IMG/VR virus record: IMGVR_UViG_3300046318_000439 | Span: 32,001-96,000 of that record | Origin: a virus | Lineage: Duplodnaviria; Caudoviricetes | Strand: one strand, 5' to 3' | DNA length: 64,000 nt | Shown: in pieces, positions 20,034 to 32,000 of the stretch | Layout of the letters: each line of letters begins with the position of its first letter | How positions within the stretch are numbered: the stretch's first letter is position 1 | Notes under the pieces: generated by a model | Seen by the model: the letters and a program-made list of their open reading frames with translations, nothing else | What the model was told of the DNA's origin: nothing | Database searches by the model: none | Program-made: the position numbers and the translations under genes

Positions 20034-20248
20034 TATGCCTTACCGTTCGTTAATATTTCTAGCATACGTTTTATATCAGTCATGTCCTGCTTCAAACCGT
20101 TCACTTCCTCCACTACTTGGGTAAGAGCTAATTCTTTTGCTCTAGCATCCTTGTATGCTTGAAGTCCTGCACTATCAATATTTAGGACAGCTCGAGCACG
20201 GCCAGGAGTATCGTCCTTCATAAACCCAGGAAATTCTGTCTTTATCAT
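20033..20248 (-). CDS. Small conserved T4-like hypothetical protein (coiled-coil end)
   Basis: AVLNID..GLQAYK..R...EVNGLKQDMTDIKRML. Confidence 0.65.
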   Translation of the reverse strand: MIKTEFPGFMKDDTPGRARAVLNIDSAGLQAYKDARAKELALTQVVEEVNGLKQDMTDIKRMLEILTNGKA

Positions 20249-22296
20249 GCTGATACCGCAATCGCTCTAAGATCGTTAATATGAGGAACGCGATAATTAT
20301 TATCCGCTAATAACACAATTTTTATAGCGAAAGTTTTATAACCATCGTAAGCTCCATTTGTAGTGTTGTAATACCGAATGATATTGCCATTCTGTACATT
20401 AACAAATGCAGCATGGGTATCAGTAATTTTTTCAATTTTTAATCCAGCAGAAACCATGCTTGAATTAGAAATGGAATCCGCTACTGTTAATGTTGATGTG
20501 TTTGCAGCAGTCACAACTGATATGATGTGATTATTAGGGAAGTTAGGCTGATACACCTTAACTAAGTCATTTACGGATATAGCAGTGTTTACTACCACAT
20601 CTGTTCCAATGATAACATTGTTGCCTAGCTGAGTTGTATATAATCCATTAGCAGATACCCCAGTATGATATGATGGTACCTTATACTCAAACTCGATAAC
20701 ATCATTACGGTTAGATGGATTACTTAACAACCCCTTGTCTGTTACAAGCTCAAGAATTGTCCAATTTTTATCGTCAAACGGTTCTGGATCCACATTATTA
20801 TGAAACTTTGCATATACTTTAATATCTGTATTAGCAGGCTTGTAGGCACTTATATACACACGAAGATCTTCAGCGTCCTGGCCATCTGCTAACACAACAC
20901 GTTTAGCAACATACTTGGTAGTAGAGTTGCCAGAGTTGGTATATTCATTAGTTGCATCATTATTAATTTCGTAACGATTTACAAATAAGTCTAAGTTTTC
21001 TTCTTTAGCGTATGGAGAAGTATAGATGTTTATTGTATTGAAAGTAATTTCTGATTCTAGAGACTTAGCACCATCAAATAAAGTACCACCATTTAACACC
21101 TCATAAGAGCGAGATGCAATAATGGCTGGGTATGTATCCACAAACTTGATTTGATTGTTTTCTACAGAGGCTTTATTACCAGAAGATTGATAGTACGTAG
21201 AATTGGCTATATTAATTGCCACATTAGAATATGTACTAGCTGGTGTAATTATATTAAATGCTGGTCTAACTTGATTCGCTTCAAAATTTTCAATATACTC
21301 TATCTTACAAGAGGCACTTGAATCCACACCATGGATAACACCATTGTTTGCAAAATAAGAAGTTGAGTTTGCAGTTGAATTTTCTAAAGTCAAACGCTCA
21401 TTCAAAGTATTGAAATCATATACAGTACCGACAGGAGTCTTTAAATAAAATCCTGCAGCATTAGAGAATGAAGGAGCAGTATCAATTGTCATGTATGTGT
21501 TGTTAGCAATTGTTGCGACTGATCGAACATCTGCATTACCGACTGTACCGTCTGTAATTACAAACTTATCTCCAACTTGCAACGTTGAGGCAAACAAGGT
21601 TCCATTACCAACAATAGCTGCACTTGTTGCATTAATAGTTAGTGTGCCTGTGCTGGGAGCTGTGTTCTGATAAACATATTCGCCTCCCTTAAAGTTGCCA
21701 CTAATACTATTAGCAAACATCTTAAAGAATTCGTTATAGCTATTATTGAGTTTGTATGTGGCAGTGTTGCTTGTAAAGCGAGCAATATTCAACGCAAACT
21801 TTAAGTCAGCGTCTTTTAAGGCTGTTAACACTTTACCATTAGTAATGGTGTAAAAGAATCCATCTACCTTACCAGAAGATACTTGAGTGTTGTTTGTAGT
21901 GTTTAAAACCTTTTCGCCAGCTTTATTCCACCACAACTTAAAGTCATCATCACTACCATCGAATTTAACAAGAATAGCATACGACTGAGCTGTTTTAATA
22001 GCAACTGGGAAATTAAAGTTGAATTTTGTTGGAGTTACTGCAGTACTGGTTTCAAATATATCGTTATATTCGACTCGCGCAACTTCCGGATAGGCAGCAC
22101 TTAAATTTGGAACATCATTGTCGATTGGACAAATATAAACTTCAGCGCCTGGCTGAAATATACCAGTTTTGGTTTTACCAGCTACTGGTTTGTTTTTAAA
22201 ATATAGGTCAACGCTAGTAATAAAAATAGTGTCAGCTTGTCTAACTGAATCTTTATCTACGTAGAATGTTTGGGCTAGATCAAATTCTGTTGCCAT
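20245..22296 (-). CDS. Structural protein corresponding to the C-terminal part of DUF4815/VrlC-like proteins
   Basis: LAQTFYV...FITSVDLYFKNKP, DLKFALNIARF, KYVAKRVVL.DGQDAEDLRVY, FAIKIVL...VPHINDLRAIAV. Confidence 0.75.
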   Translation of the reverse strand: MATEFDLAQTFYVDKDSVRQADTIFITSVDLYFKNKPVAGKTKTGIFQPGAEVYICPIDNDVPNLSAAYPEVARVEYNDIFETSTAVTPTKFNFNFPVAIKTAQSYAILVKFDGSDDDFKLWWNKAGEKVLNTTNNTQVSSGKVDGFFYTITNGKVLTALKDADLKFALNIARFTSNTATYKLNNSYNEFFKMFANSISGNFKGGEYVYQNTAPSTGTLTINATSAAIVGNGTLFASTLQVGDKFVITDGTVGNADVRSVATIANNTYMTIDTAPSFSNAAGFYLKTPVGTVYDFNTLNERLTLENSTANSTSYFANNGVIHGVDSSASCKIEYIENFEANQVRPAFNIITPASTYSNVAINIANSTYYQSSGNKASVENNQIKFVDTYPAIIASRSYEVLNGGTLFDGAKSLESEITFNTINIYTSPYAKEENLDLFVNRYEINNDATNEYTNSGNSTTKYVAKRVVLADGQDAEDLRVYISAYKPANTDIKVYAKFHNNVDPEPFDDKNWTILELVTDKGLLSNPSNRNDVIEFEYKVPSYHTGVSANGLYTTQLGNNVIIGTDVVVNTAISVNDLVKVYQPNFPNNHIISVVTAANTSTLTVADSISNSSMVSAGLKIEKITDTHAAFVNVQNGNIIRYYNTTNGAYDGYKTFAIKIVLLADNNYRVPHINDLRAIAVSA

Positions 22297-22784
22297 TATT
22301 GCTCTCCGAATCCTGATTCGAATTCTGCTTGTGTGGGTCTATATGCTTCAATTGTAATAAAATTCTTGGCGTAGGAAAAGGCCAAGCTTTCGTAGTTTTC
22401 AGGTAGCGTGGATTGATTAATATTCGCTACCACTAATTCCTTCTTACCTGCTAGTAAATTAATTAGGCTGTAATATTGAGCTAGTTCTGTTGTATAACCA
22501 GGAACATTAGATGAATAATAAAAAGTAAACTGCAACTGGCCATTTTTATCACTAACTAGCGGTCCACCCAACTTACCCCCTTGAGGTTTGAATTGCGTAC
22601 TGGTAGCAAGCTTGCCCTCAAAGAATAGATAATGGTAAGTGAGTGGTAGTAAGCCACTCACTGTTATTTCGAAAGACTGATCTCTGACTAAAAATACAAT
22701 TTGGGGATTGCGATTAGTAATTGAACCGCCGCTGCCACCTCCGTAGCCGCTGCCAAAAATATTTAATCCGCTAAAAAATCTCAT
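22296..22784 (-). CDS. Structural protein corresponding to the middle part of DUF4815/VrlC-like proteins
   Basis: VRDQSFEITVSGLLPLTYHYLFFEG and LVSDKNGQLQFTF resemble the GLKPNT.Y.FFD segment. Confidence 0.55.
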   Translation of the reverse strand: MRFFSGLNIFGSGYGGGSGGSITNRNPQIVFLVRDQSFEITVSGLLPLTYHYLFFEGKLATSTQFKPQGGKLGGPLVSDKNGQLQFTFYYSSNVPGYTTELAQYYSLINLLAGKKELVVANINQSTLPENYESLAFSYAKNFITIEAYRPTQAEFESGFGEQ

Positions 22785-22815
22785 TTATTTAACCTTGTTT
22801 ATCTACTTCTATTAT

Positions 22816-25800
22816 TTATCCCTGACTTTTTAAGCTGCGTTTAGCAAACTTAGAAAAGAAGCCAGTGATTTTATTGTAAGGAATTTCGATTGCTTGAGCC
22901 ACTAAAGAAGTTGCTAGTAATACAGTACATATACCCCATACTCCATAACCTCTCAACTTAGAACTTACTGGCACAGGCTTGAAGCCTAACTTGCCGATGG
23001 TCCAACATATCGGTAAACCGACTGCCATAATAATCTTACCAGCTAAGCTGCTCTGCTTTCTTACGCCCATCATATAAGCCATCTCTTCTGCCCATGGACG
23101 AGCTAACTTATTCAAATATTTAATAGTCAACTCTTTCTCTATACGAGAATGGGTTTCATTGCTTATGAAAGGAATTACTTTAGGACCATGGCCCTCCATC
23201 CAATCTACAACAGTTTGAGCCCATGCCAAGTAACCATTGAATATCTCTGGATGAGAATCACGCAAATATCTACCAAACGCTTGGTCAGCTGCGTTAACAT
23301 CATCTTCAAAGAATCCTAACTCGTTTAACTTAGCGCAAATAATCTTGCCACCACCACCGCCACCGCCGCTGCTAGGTACTGCTTCTGTAGTGATTTTAAC
23401 TTCACCGCGTGTTCTCAAGCGGAAGGTTGATGGGCCGATCACCATTGATCCACCGTAGTTTGTTTTATTGCCATCAGAATTAACTGTAGAAGTAGCTAAA
23501 TCTTGAGTAATTAATGATTCTTCAACATAAGGCAATAAAATAGAGTTACTATTATAGATTGCATTATTCGTTGTAGAGTCTGTTCTACTGAAAATGGTAT
23601 TTAAGTTAAACTGTTTAGATCTTGGATGCAACTCACTAAGACTTTGTTCAATGGTAGCATTGAACTCTTTGCTTGACTCTTCTGCAAACATATAGTCATC
23701 AAAATCATCTACAAAGAATCCGTTTTTAAATCTATTCACCAATGGGTTAGCTGTACTAGGAATTACTAGATCTTTTACTTCTGTTTCTAGTAAGTTGAGA
23801 CTTACGTAGTATTCAAGCTGATTAATCCGTTTTTCTAGATTGCCAATATCAGTCATAGAATAACTCTTTGCCTGATTATTTTCCTCAAAAATAGAGGTAG
23901 AAATACTAGAAGAATAATTACTAATGCGTGAGTTGATTACCCCAAGCTCGTTACCTACACTCTTATCAAATATTTCTACATTGGTGTTGCTTACTGACAA
24001 CGGTAGAGAAGGATATGGGCTTGTTGAGATTATAGACAACGTTACGCTGTCGTTAGGTTTACGAGGAGGACGTGCTCCAGTCACAGATGGGTTACCTTCT
24101 AGTACTTGGAAAGATCCATCTTTCTTAGCAACTACTCTATCAACACGTGAGAGATAGTATTCAGCGTTGAAAGAGATTTCTGAATCAGGCGCTGGAAATA
24201 ATTTATCATTAGAGTTGAATACTTCAGTGTTAGCTGGATTGACCGGAGCCCCAGCTACTGTGTTAGCAATTGCCACTGTATTAGCTACGTATGGTCGGAA
24301 GTCGAACGAATCGCGCAAGTCAAAATATTGTTTGTCTGATGTAATTACTTCTGGAATTTCTACTGTATTAACAGTATTGCTAGAAGCGCTTAATGTTTTA
24401 CCATCATTGATTGAATATGAGGATACAGTTAAGAATCCTTCACCAGAAGATGTAAAATTATCACATTTAACTAACAACCATTGTGTCGATCCAATATTTA
24501 ACGTAGATGTGCTCTTCTTGACCAAATAGGACTGACCGTAGAAGTTACCATCGTGGCCTTGGTCGATGTAGAAGTGTTTAGTTACATCGAGATCAGCAGC
24601 TGTATTTCCAAGATATACCTTTTTCAAACGCACCGCATCCGGTAGACCTAAAGACCATGGTCCAGTCGATCCAGCAACGTTATTGCCAGTATATAACTTA
24701 ATGTAGTTATCACGACGTACTGTCTTTGTTGACTGAACTGCTGTTGTTCGTTTTACGTTATATGTGACAGCTGTATTTACAGTACCACTTAGCGTTTCAT
24801 TTACATACACCTTCAACGTGCTACTACTAGGACCTGTATTAACTACACGTGTATCACGTGAAGCTAAAGGGATCGGATAGAATGCAGGGAAAAACTTCTT
24901 AGCTTTAGCTGAGGTGTTAGAAAATGATCCATTACTGTTAATGGATATATGAGTTGCATTTGTAATGCCAGTAACTCGACGCACTCCTGTTGCAGTTGCG
25001 TTTGCAGCTAGCAATATGTAATCACCAACACGCAAATCGTTAGCAAAGTTGGTGGAAGATCCTATAACGACATTAGAAGTCGTAGACACCGTCAGAGTAC
25101 CACCCAAGTTAGCAGAAGCTTCAGCATTAGCCAACGGAACAACAATAATATCATTCTTTTGAGTTGTAGTTAAACTAGCATCTGGCCCATAAGGAAACTG
25201 CTCATTAGGGTTGGCTGTTAAGTCCAACGTTAGCATACCATTAGCATTTAAAGTAACCGCTTCATCAGTGGTTCGATATGTAAATCCTATATTGTTAGCT
25301 ACTTTAACGGCATTAAGTCCTGTTGGGAAAAGCAGATTGCTATTATCTGTATCTTTTAGTACAGCTTCGTTTAATGTAGTAGTTGGATTATATTCCAAAA
25401 CAGCATCAGCCACACCATCATTAGTGCCATTGTAATTAACTGAACGCACATTACGGAATACTTTACCAGCAGACATCTTTATATCAAACAAATATATGCG
25501 ATATACTGCATCTGGTGTGCCTGGTTCTCCAGCCTCATGTACTAAGGATCTGATACGAGCAGTACCAATCACTTCGCCAGTAGGCGTAATAGAAGTGCCA
25601 GAAGGAACGCCAATGTTTGTTATATAAGCTTGAGCTGTATCATATAATGATATTGTATCGCCAGACTTAAATTTGAAATTCCCAGCCAACTCTTTGATTC
25701 GTAAATAATTGCCATAGTTTGCTGTAATTACTTGCCCACTCTTTGTTAAAGTGTCTGTTGATTTTCTTACATCGAGATATGTATTTTTTAACGTCTGAAT

Positions 25801-27324
25801 GCGCTCACCAGAAATATAGGCCAATCCTGGATCAATTACTACTGCATTATGAGTGGTATTTGATAGGGAAGTGCCATCATCGAAATCTTTATCTTTAGTA
25901 ATTACTAAAAACTCATCTACGACAAAGTCTCCACTCGTTTCACTGGTGCGTCGAGCAAATTCTTTACCTAAGATATTGTATACAGTGTTTCTATTTTCTT
26001 TATATGGTTCGCCGTTCTTAAATTCAACTAAAGTAAAGAACTCAACGTTGGCAGCTGCATTTGCAGAACTAATTGTTACTAACTCTGGTACTAACTTTAA
26101 TCGATCAGCACCTGGAGCAGCATAGTTAGTGGTACCTAACGCATTATCATATAAAGTACTATCAGTATTAACGTTAGCAGTAGTTTCTGCTGTTTTGAAA
26201 CCGACCACTACATTATTAGGTTGGCCTGAGTATTTGTCAACCACAATTACTTGTGGATCCACTCTTAGGAAATATCCTTTTTGATATATGATACCTTCTG
26301 TTGTGGAGAAAGCATATCCATTACCAACAGGAGCAGTGAAGTCATTATTAGCAATAGTTACTTGTGCTTTATAATTTTTACTTGTCAAACTCAACGTGCT
26401 GATTGAAGCGGTATTGTTTGTTGGCTTAATAGTAACATGAGGTGGAATAACGTAATTGTTACCCCCTGATTGAATATTTACGTTTACAATCACTCCAAGT
26501 GAGTCGGTTGTAATCACACCCGCAGCACCACTACCAACTAAGCTAGTTACGTTTGCCACAGCTCCGGATGATCCTCCAGTAATGTTGTAGCCAGGTGTAA
26601 AGGACCACTCACTGGTATTTGCCGATGTGTTTGCTAAATCAGCATTCAATGGTTTAATCTGTAGTACTAAAGTATCTGTGATAATACTATTATTGACGCC
26701 AATAACAACAGCTTGAGCTCCAGTGGTAGCTTGTGTAATCGTTTCGCCGTTAGAGAATGCACCAGACGTTGTATTGACTCCCAACGCACTAACAACAACA
26801 AGACTGTCGGAGTTAGAGAAATTCAAACCTCCGTTATTAACATCTACTGCATAAATTGGATAATCCTTGCTGTATACGGTTAATACATCACCATTAGAGT
26901 ATAGAGTTGTATTTCCAGTATCAGAACTATTAACATATTGTAAATATAGAGTGTTTAGATCTGGATCCTTTTGCTCGAATCCTGGACTTGTTTTGACGAC
27001 GCGTGCTACTAAATTGGAGCTGTTTCTGACAAACAACCCTTCATAAGATACCGGAATTGTTGGCTGTCCGTCTACCTGCAAATCGAGAACTTTAATATAT
27101 TGGTAGTTAGGAAGATATCTAAAGTTAACACCACTGATGATGGTTCCACTCTTAAATACATGATCCCCAAAACGTTCAATTTGTTTTTGGAGAATTGATT
27201 GGAGTTGGTTTAACTCACGGGCTTGTAAAGCAACGCTTGGCTTGAATAAGATACCGTAGTAATCTTTTGCTTCAGTATAGTCGTTAAAATATGGACTACG
27301 TGATAAATTGGTCTCGAGTGGCAT
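22816..27324 (-). CDS. Large DUF4815/VrlC-like virion structural protein
   Basis: PYFNDY...LFKPSVALQARELNQLQSILQKQIERFG, RRTSETSGDF, FKNGFFVDDF. Confidence 0.85.
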   Translation of the reverse strand: MPLETNLSRSPYFNDYTEAKDYYGILFKPSVALQARELNQLQSILQKQIERFGDHVFKSGTIISGVNFRYLPNYQYIKVLDLQVDGQPTIPVSYEGLFVRNSSNLVARVVKTSPGFEQKDPDLNTLYLQYVNSSDTGNTTLYSNGDVLTVYSKDYPIYAVDVNNGGLNFSNSDSLVVVSALGVNTTSGAFSNGETITQATTGAQAVVIGVNNSIITDTLVLQIKPLNADLANTSANTSEWSFTPGYNITGGSSGAVANVTSLVGSGAAGVITTDSLGVIVNVNIQSGGNNYVIPPHVTIKPTNNTASISTLSLTSKNYKAQVTIANNDFTAPVGNGYAFSTTEGIIYQKGYFLRVDPQVIVVDKYSGQPNNVVVGFKTAETTANVNTDSTLYDNALGTTNYAAPGADRLKLVPELVTISSANAAANVEFFTLVEFKNGEPYKENRNTVYNILGKEFARRTSETSGDFVVDEFLVITKDKDFDDGTSLSNTTHNAVVIDPGLAYISGERIQTLKNTYLDVRKSTDTLTKSGQVITANYGNYLRIKELAGNFKFKSGDTISLYDTAQAYITNIGVPSGTSITPTGEVIGTARIRSLVHEAGEPGTPDAVYRIYLFDIKMSAGKVFRNVRSVNYNGTNDGVADAVLEYNPTTTLNEAVLKDTDNSNLLFPTGLNAVKVANNIGFTYRTTDEAVTLNANGMLTLDLTANPNEQFPYGPDASLTTTQKNDIIVVPLANAEASANLGGTLTVSTTSNVVIGSSTNFANDLRVGDYILLAANATATGVRRVTGITNATHISINSNGSFSNTSAKAKKFFPAFYPIPLASRDTRVVNTGPSSSTLKVYVNETLSGTVNTAVTYNVKRTTAVQSTKTVRRDNYIKLYTGNNVAGSTGPWSLGLPDAVRLKKVYLGNTAADLDVTKHFYIDQGHDGNFYGQSYLVKKSTSTLNIGSTQWLLVKCDNFTSSGEGFLTVSSYSINDGKTLSASSNTVNTVEIPEVITSDKQYFDLRDSFDFRPYVANTVAIANTVAGAPVNPANTEVFNSNDKLFPAPDSEISFNAEYYLSRVDRVVAKKDGSFQVLEGNPSVTGARPPRKPNDSVTLSIISTSPYPSLPLSVSNTNVEIFDKSVGNELGVINSRISNYSSSISTSIFEENNQAKSYSMTDIGNLEKRINQLEYYVSLNLLETEVKDLVIPSTANPLVNRFKNGFFVDDFDDYMFAEESSKEFNATIEQSLSELHPRSKQFNLNTIFSRTDSTTNNAIYNSNSILLPYVEESLITQDLATSTVNSDGNKTNYGGSMVIGPSTFRLRTRGEVKITTEAVPSSGGGGGGGKIICAKLNELGFFEDDVNAADQAFGRYLRDSHPEIFNGYLAWAQTVVDWMEGHGPKVIPFISNETHSRIEKELTIKYLNKLARPWAEEMAYMMGVRKQSSLAGKIIMAVGLPICWTIGKLGFKPVPVSSKLRGYGVWGICTVLLATSLVAQAIEIPYNKITGFFSKFAKRSLKSQG

Positions 27325-27332
27325 AGGTCCTC

Positions 27333-29093
27333 TTAGAACTTTATGATAATCTTAATAACCTCTGTTTGGTTATTAGATCGTGATATTGGGTCTGTATTTT
27401 CTATATATAACACCTCTCCAGAGCCTATTACTAAGTCTGGAGGAAGTACAGAAACAACGTTTGCAGTAGCTGAACTAGTCAGTCCGATAATGGTGTTACT
27501 GCTGTTGATGTTTCCTCTAACGTCCGTTAAATATATGTAATTAGAATCTACCGAATGGAATACTCCATTTGATAATTCGACCGACGATTGATATACTTTT
27601 TCATCTGGAACAAACGTACCAGTATTACTACTTACGACGTAGCGATACCGTTGATCGAATGTGCCAAAATCTTTTGTTGTGTTATTAATCTCAAAGCTAT
27701 CAACGTTGGCTGTAGCATTGGATGACTGACCAGTTACAACTTTGCCGCTAATGAACTGTCCACTTACATTTGATAATCTTAGGGTACTACCACTGAAGGA
27801 AGAAACAACTCCAGAAGCGTTGCTATTAGCTTGTGTAACCAGTTCTGCATCAGTAAATATTCCAACAACTGATGTTAATGAAAACTCCACGTTGGCAAAA
27901 AGAGGATCTTTCAATAGTCCAATTGTACGATAATCGTTGGTAGTAGGGATTGTGTTTGATTCGCCGTTTGCAAAAGACACAGAACAACCAATATATCTAC
28001 CACCCAACTCATATTCTGGATCAGAACCATGGCCACCTTTAGGGCCAACAACAACCGTTAAAACAGCGTTGTTGGAAACACCACCAGTATTTCCTTGTAC
28101 GGTCGCTGTCGCAAAAGAATAGTTTTGCCCTCTATTAATAATTTCTACACGATAGATTGAATTACCAGCAGCTGAATTAACAAGAGCTCGGGCACGTGCA
28201 CTACTACCATCGCCTATGATATTAACAGCAGGAGTAATTTCATATGCAGATGTTGTGTCTGGAGCTATATCAAATGCAGCGTCTAGTGTGATGATTTTAT
28301 CAGTACCAACCACTGCATAATCCAAAACTTTACGAATTTGACCAATACCGGTGCCAGACTTAATGTAAATGTAACTGTCGTTGTAAAAATCGTTATTAGC
28401 ACTTGCTACGGCAGATAAACCGTATTTCTTTGTATCCCCACCAATACGTAGATTGGTAGAGTTGAATGTGTTAGCTAGATAGGCATCGTAATTTGATCCC
28501 CTGCTACTAATAGTAATAACGTCAATGGCTCCACTAACAGCATTTGCGGTTACGTTGGCGTTAGGAATTACTGGAATAAAATCTGCTGTTGCAAATTTAT
28601 CAAACTCACTCTTAGTCATGCTGTACATGTACTTCCACACATACCCATCACTAGTGCTATAATATTCATCATCAGCACCAGTATCAGAGATTTGAGGTTG
28701 ATCAATAGAAGCTGCCCCACCATTATTATCTAATACTTTGAATACGTGATATGATGAAGCTGCGTTAGTGACGGCATAAAACGGAGTGTTAGCTAAATCT
28801 ATATTACTGCGATATGATGAATACACTACATTAGACGTCCAATCGTAACGTGGTACCATTATTTTAACATCGTCCGCTGTAACACGCTTTCCAAACACCA
28901 TGTTGCGATATGAATCTACGGAAATTTCCTCAACGCTATTAACAGGATCAGCAACGATACTATCTCCGTTTGCGTAGGGGGTATGACGGCCTGCAAACAC
29001 ATAATAAACAGTGTTTGCAGGTTCTGTAATAGACTCACGCAATTGCTTTGCGTTATTTAATCTAAAAAAATCAGTTATTAGTTGCTTTGCCAT
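27333..29093 (-). CDS. gp8: Baseplate wedge subunit gp8
   Basis: RLNNAKQL...YYVF.GR, PRYDWTS, DGYVWKYMY, GGHGSDP..ELG, C-terminal GEVLYIEN.DPISR..NQTE.IKIIIKF. Confidence 0.85.
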   Translation of the reverse strand: MAKQLITDFFRLNNAKQLRESITEPANTVYYVFAGRHTPYANGDSIVADPVNSVEEISVDSYRNMVFGKRVTADDVKIMVPRYDWTSNVVYSSYRSNIDLANTPFYAVTNAASSYHVFKVLDNNGGAASIDQPQISDTGADDEYYSTSDGYVWKYMYSMTKSEFDKFATADFIPVIPNANVTANAVSGAIDVITISSRGSNYDAYLANTFNSTNLRIGGDTKKYGLSAVASANNDFYNDSYIYIKSGTGIGQIRKVLDYAVVGTDKIITLDAAFDIAPDTTSAYEITPAVNIIGDGSSARARALVNSAAGNSIYRVEIINRGQNYSFATATVQGNTGGVSNNAVLTVVVGPKGGHGSDPEYELGGRYIGCSVSFANGESNTIPTTNDYRTIGLLKDPLFANVEFSLTSVVGIFTDAELVTQANSNASGVVSSFSGSTLRLSNVSGQFISGKVVTGQSSNATANVDSFEINNTTKDFGTFDQRYRYVVSSNTGTFVPDEKVYQSSVELSNGVFHSVDSNYIYLTDVRGNINSSNTIIGLTSSATANVVSVLPPDLVIGSGEVLYIENTDPISRSNNQTEVIKIIIKF

Positions 29094-29094
29094 A

Positions 29095-32000
29095 TTAAGT
29101 GTCTAGTGAGATGCTAATGTAAGAAGCATTAGAAGTTGCACCTGAATTAGCTCCTGATATAATGGATGAATGGACAAACTGTCCAGAAACGTTTGCTATA
29201 TGCAGAGTATTTATAGAGGTTACAACAGAGTATGTATTGGTAGAATTTGTGACAGCAGCTGTGTTAGCATATGCGTTCGACGTTGTACCATACACATTCG
29301 TGTTTGTGTTCCATGTGCCAGATACTGTCCAAATCTCCACTAAAGTGCTATTAGCAGCTACCACACTACCGTTCGCTGTGTGCGCACCATCCATCGCATT
29401 GGATTGATATACAACCTCCCCCACTGCAAAGGAACCAGTTACTGTATTACCTTGTTGAACTTCGTTAATTGTTAACTTTCTTCCAAGAATTGCCTCTATA
29501 GTATCTCCAGTATCAATTGTACCTTCTAGCATAGTTGTGTACAATGTGCTATGAGAGGCATTAGATGTCACTGTAGTAACAGTAGCGCTGCTTGCATTAC
29601 TGCTAAAACTTGGTGTTGATATTTGTGTGCCAGCTTCAATATATGGTGCATTATTAGCAATTGTGATGACACCAGTGTGACCTTTGTATGTGCCATTAGC
29701 TGACGTTTGGTAAACACTTTCTCCCACGATGTAGGTACCATTACCGTCTGCAACATTTATATTATACTGACGAGGGAGAGGCGCAATCAAATTGCTATCC
29801 TCGTAAGATGCTAGTGAATCAAATACAACTTTTCCGAAGAATTTTGTACCGGCAGTATGAACAACATCTTTTAGCACGTCCGCATACTTTTCTAATGGAA
29901 TACGAGTTTGAACTTCATAACTGTATTCTTGGTAGTACTCACCGTCGTGAATTTTAGAAGAACCATCCACAAAACCACGCTCTGTTTGATAGTAACCTTC
30001 GCTCTGTCCTTGATCATTGAGTATTACTCTAGCAGTAACGTCTTGTAATCCTCCTTCAGTAGACATCGTAACAGTCTCATCCTGTACATATCCAAATCCA
30101 GAGTCAATAACTTCTAGAGAAGATACAACGGTGTTTGCAATCTGTACGTTGGCGCTTACTATAGCATTTTCTCCAACTGGTAATGTAGACTGGTCTGAAG
30201 AAACATCTAATATAGTAGCCGCTGCTCCAGACAACTTACCAAAAATTGTTTCGTTAGCTAAAAACTCATCATTTAAATTTAAACGCTTCACTGTAATTAC
30301 AGACGAGTTGCCTGTTTTGACAGAACCTGTCGTGGTGGTTACGAGGGTTACTGTATTTGCTGAAGATATGGTAGCTGTCGCATTGGTGGTTAGAGTATTA
30401 AGAGCATATGTATTAACAAACGTACCAGTAGCATTATTGATCTTAATTGATCCAGAGCCCGCAGCTACAGAAGACTCATATACAAATCCAGATGCAGTGT
30501 TGGATGTTCCATTACTCTGCCATACATACTCTCCTATCTCCGGAGCATTGGTAGCTGCTCCGTTGGCAGCTGTTCCACTAAATCCCGTAATCTGAAGTTG
30601 TTGGCCAAAGGAATTGCTCGACATCTCTATTATTTCTCCTGGAACAAATAATCCAGTGAGATTTGACAACTTAATTGTAAAGTCGTGCTTATCGAGAGCA
30701 GATATTTCTGGCTCTATCACTACGACTTTTGGATCAGCGTTATATCCCTCACCTGGGTTAATACTCCGTAGTACAGATATCTCTCCAATTGTTTTATTAC
30801 TAAAACGTAATATATTTTGAAGGGTCGTGTTAATGTCTCCAGCAGGATACTTCGGAAACCCATACGCGTTAGCAGCTACATTTGAGTTACTACCATCTAG
30901 TAAAACATTCATGAATGCAACGTTTCCAGTATTATTAGCTCTGAGTAAATCTGAAAATACTAATACCGTCTGTTCGTTTGTCAAACCACCTACGCTAAAT
31001 CTAGCGCTTGTACCGCTACTACGAACTGAAACGTTTGCGTATGTGTTACTTGTAAGTCCAACAATATAGTTGCCTGGATAAGTTACAAATTGATTGGTAG
31101 TGTCGTATACACCAATCAGAGTATTTGATACAAACATCACATTGCCAGTGGCCGTTGAATTTGTATATGTGTCGATGACGGCTGTTACGCTATTACCACT
31201 AAGGCTAATTGTAGCATCAGAACCTACGTTTCCATTAATTGGTACTACTACCATTGTACCAGATGTATTGTTTGTTGGAGTGTTTTGTATGACAACTGCG
31301 TTCGCAGATACTACTCCATTACCGTAATAATTTTCAACAATCGCGCCTGCAGAAAAAGCTGCAGAATTGGTCGTAGTAGAATAAGCAATAGTAGCAAGGG
31401 GCTGCGAAACTGTCTCGAATCTCTGAAACCCAGTAACAGCACTGTTTGCATTTGTTGGATTGTTTATTGTTAAATTAGTACTGGATATGATTACTTGAGC
31501 GTTCGTGGTGTAACCAAACCCTCCATCCTCAATTTTAAAATTAACACGTCCCGTTTCAGTCGAAATGCCAGTAACTAAGGCTTTACCTTGCTGGCCACTT
31601 CCGGTTTTGAGAGTAAGCACATCTCCGATATTGAAATCTTGGCCACCGTTTAATACAACTAATGAAGAAAGTGATCCAATAACTTTTGGAGCTCCTTCTA
31701 CAACTGGATCAGCTGAGTCAACTATACGCTCATTGTATACAAAGTTACCCTCACGAGCACTTATATAAAAAACATCAAGGAATTTACCTTGCACTCGCTT
31801 ACGCACAATCCGTTCAATAAATGCTGTTGCGCCGGAAGTAGTACCGATAGCTGTTTTACCTACCAAGCTATCATTCTTAGCTGCAGGGCTTACTTCAATA
31901 TATTCTGGAACAAACCACTGACCATCTGATGGCTTGAGTAAATCATCTCCTGGATAATATACGTCAGCTCCAACGTTGTATATTAAACGGAATAGTAAAT

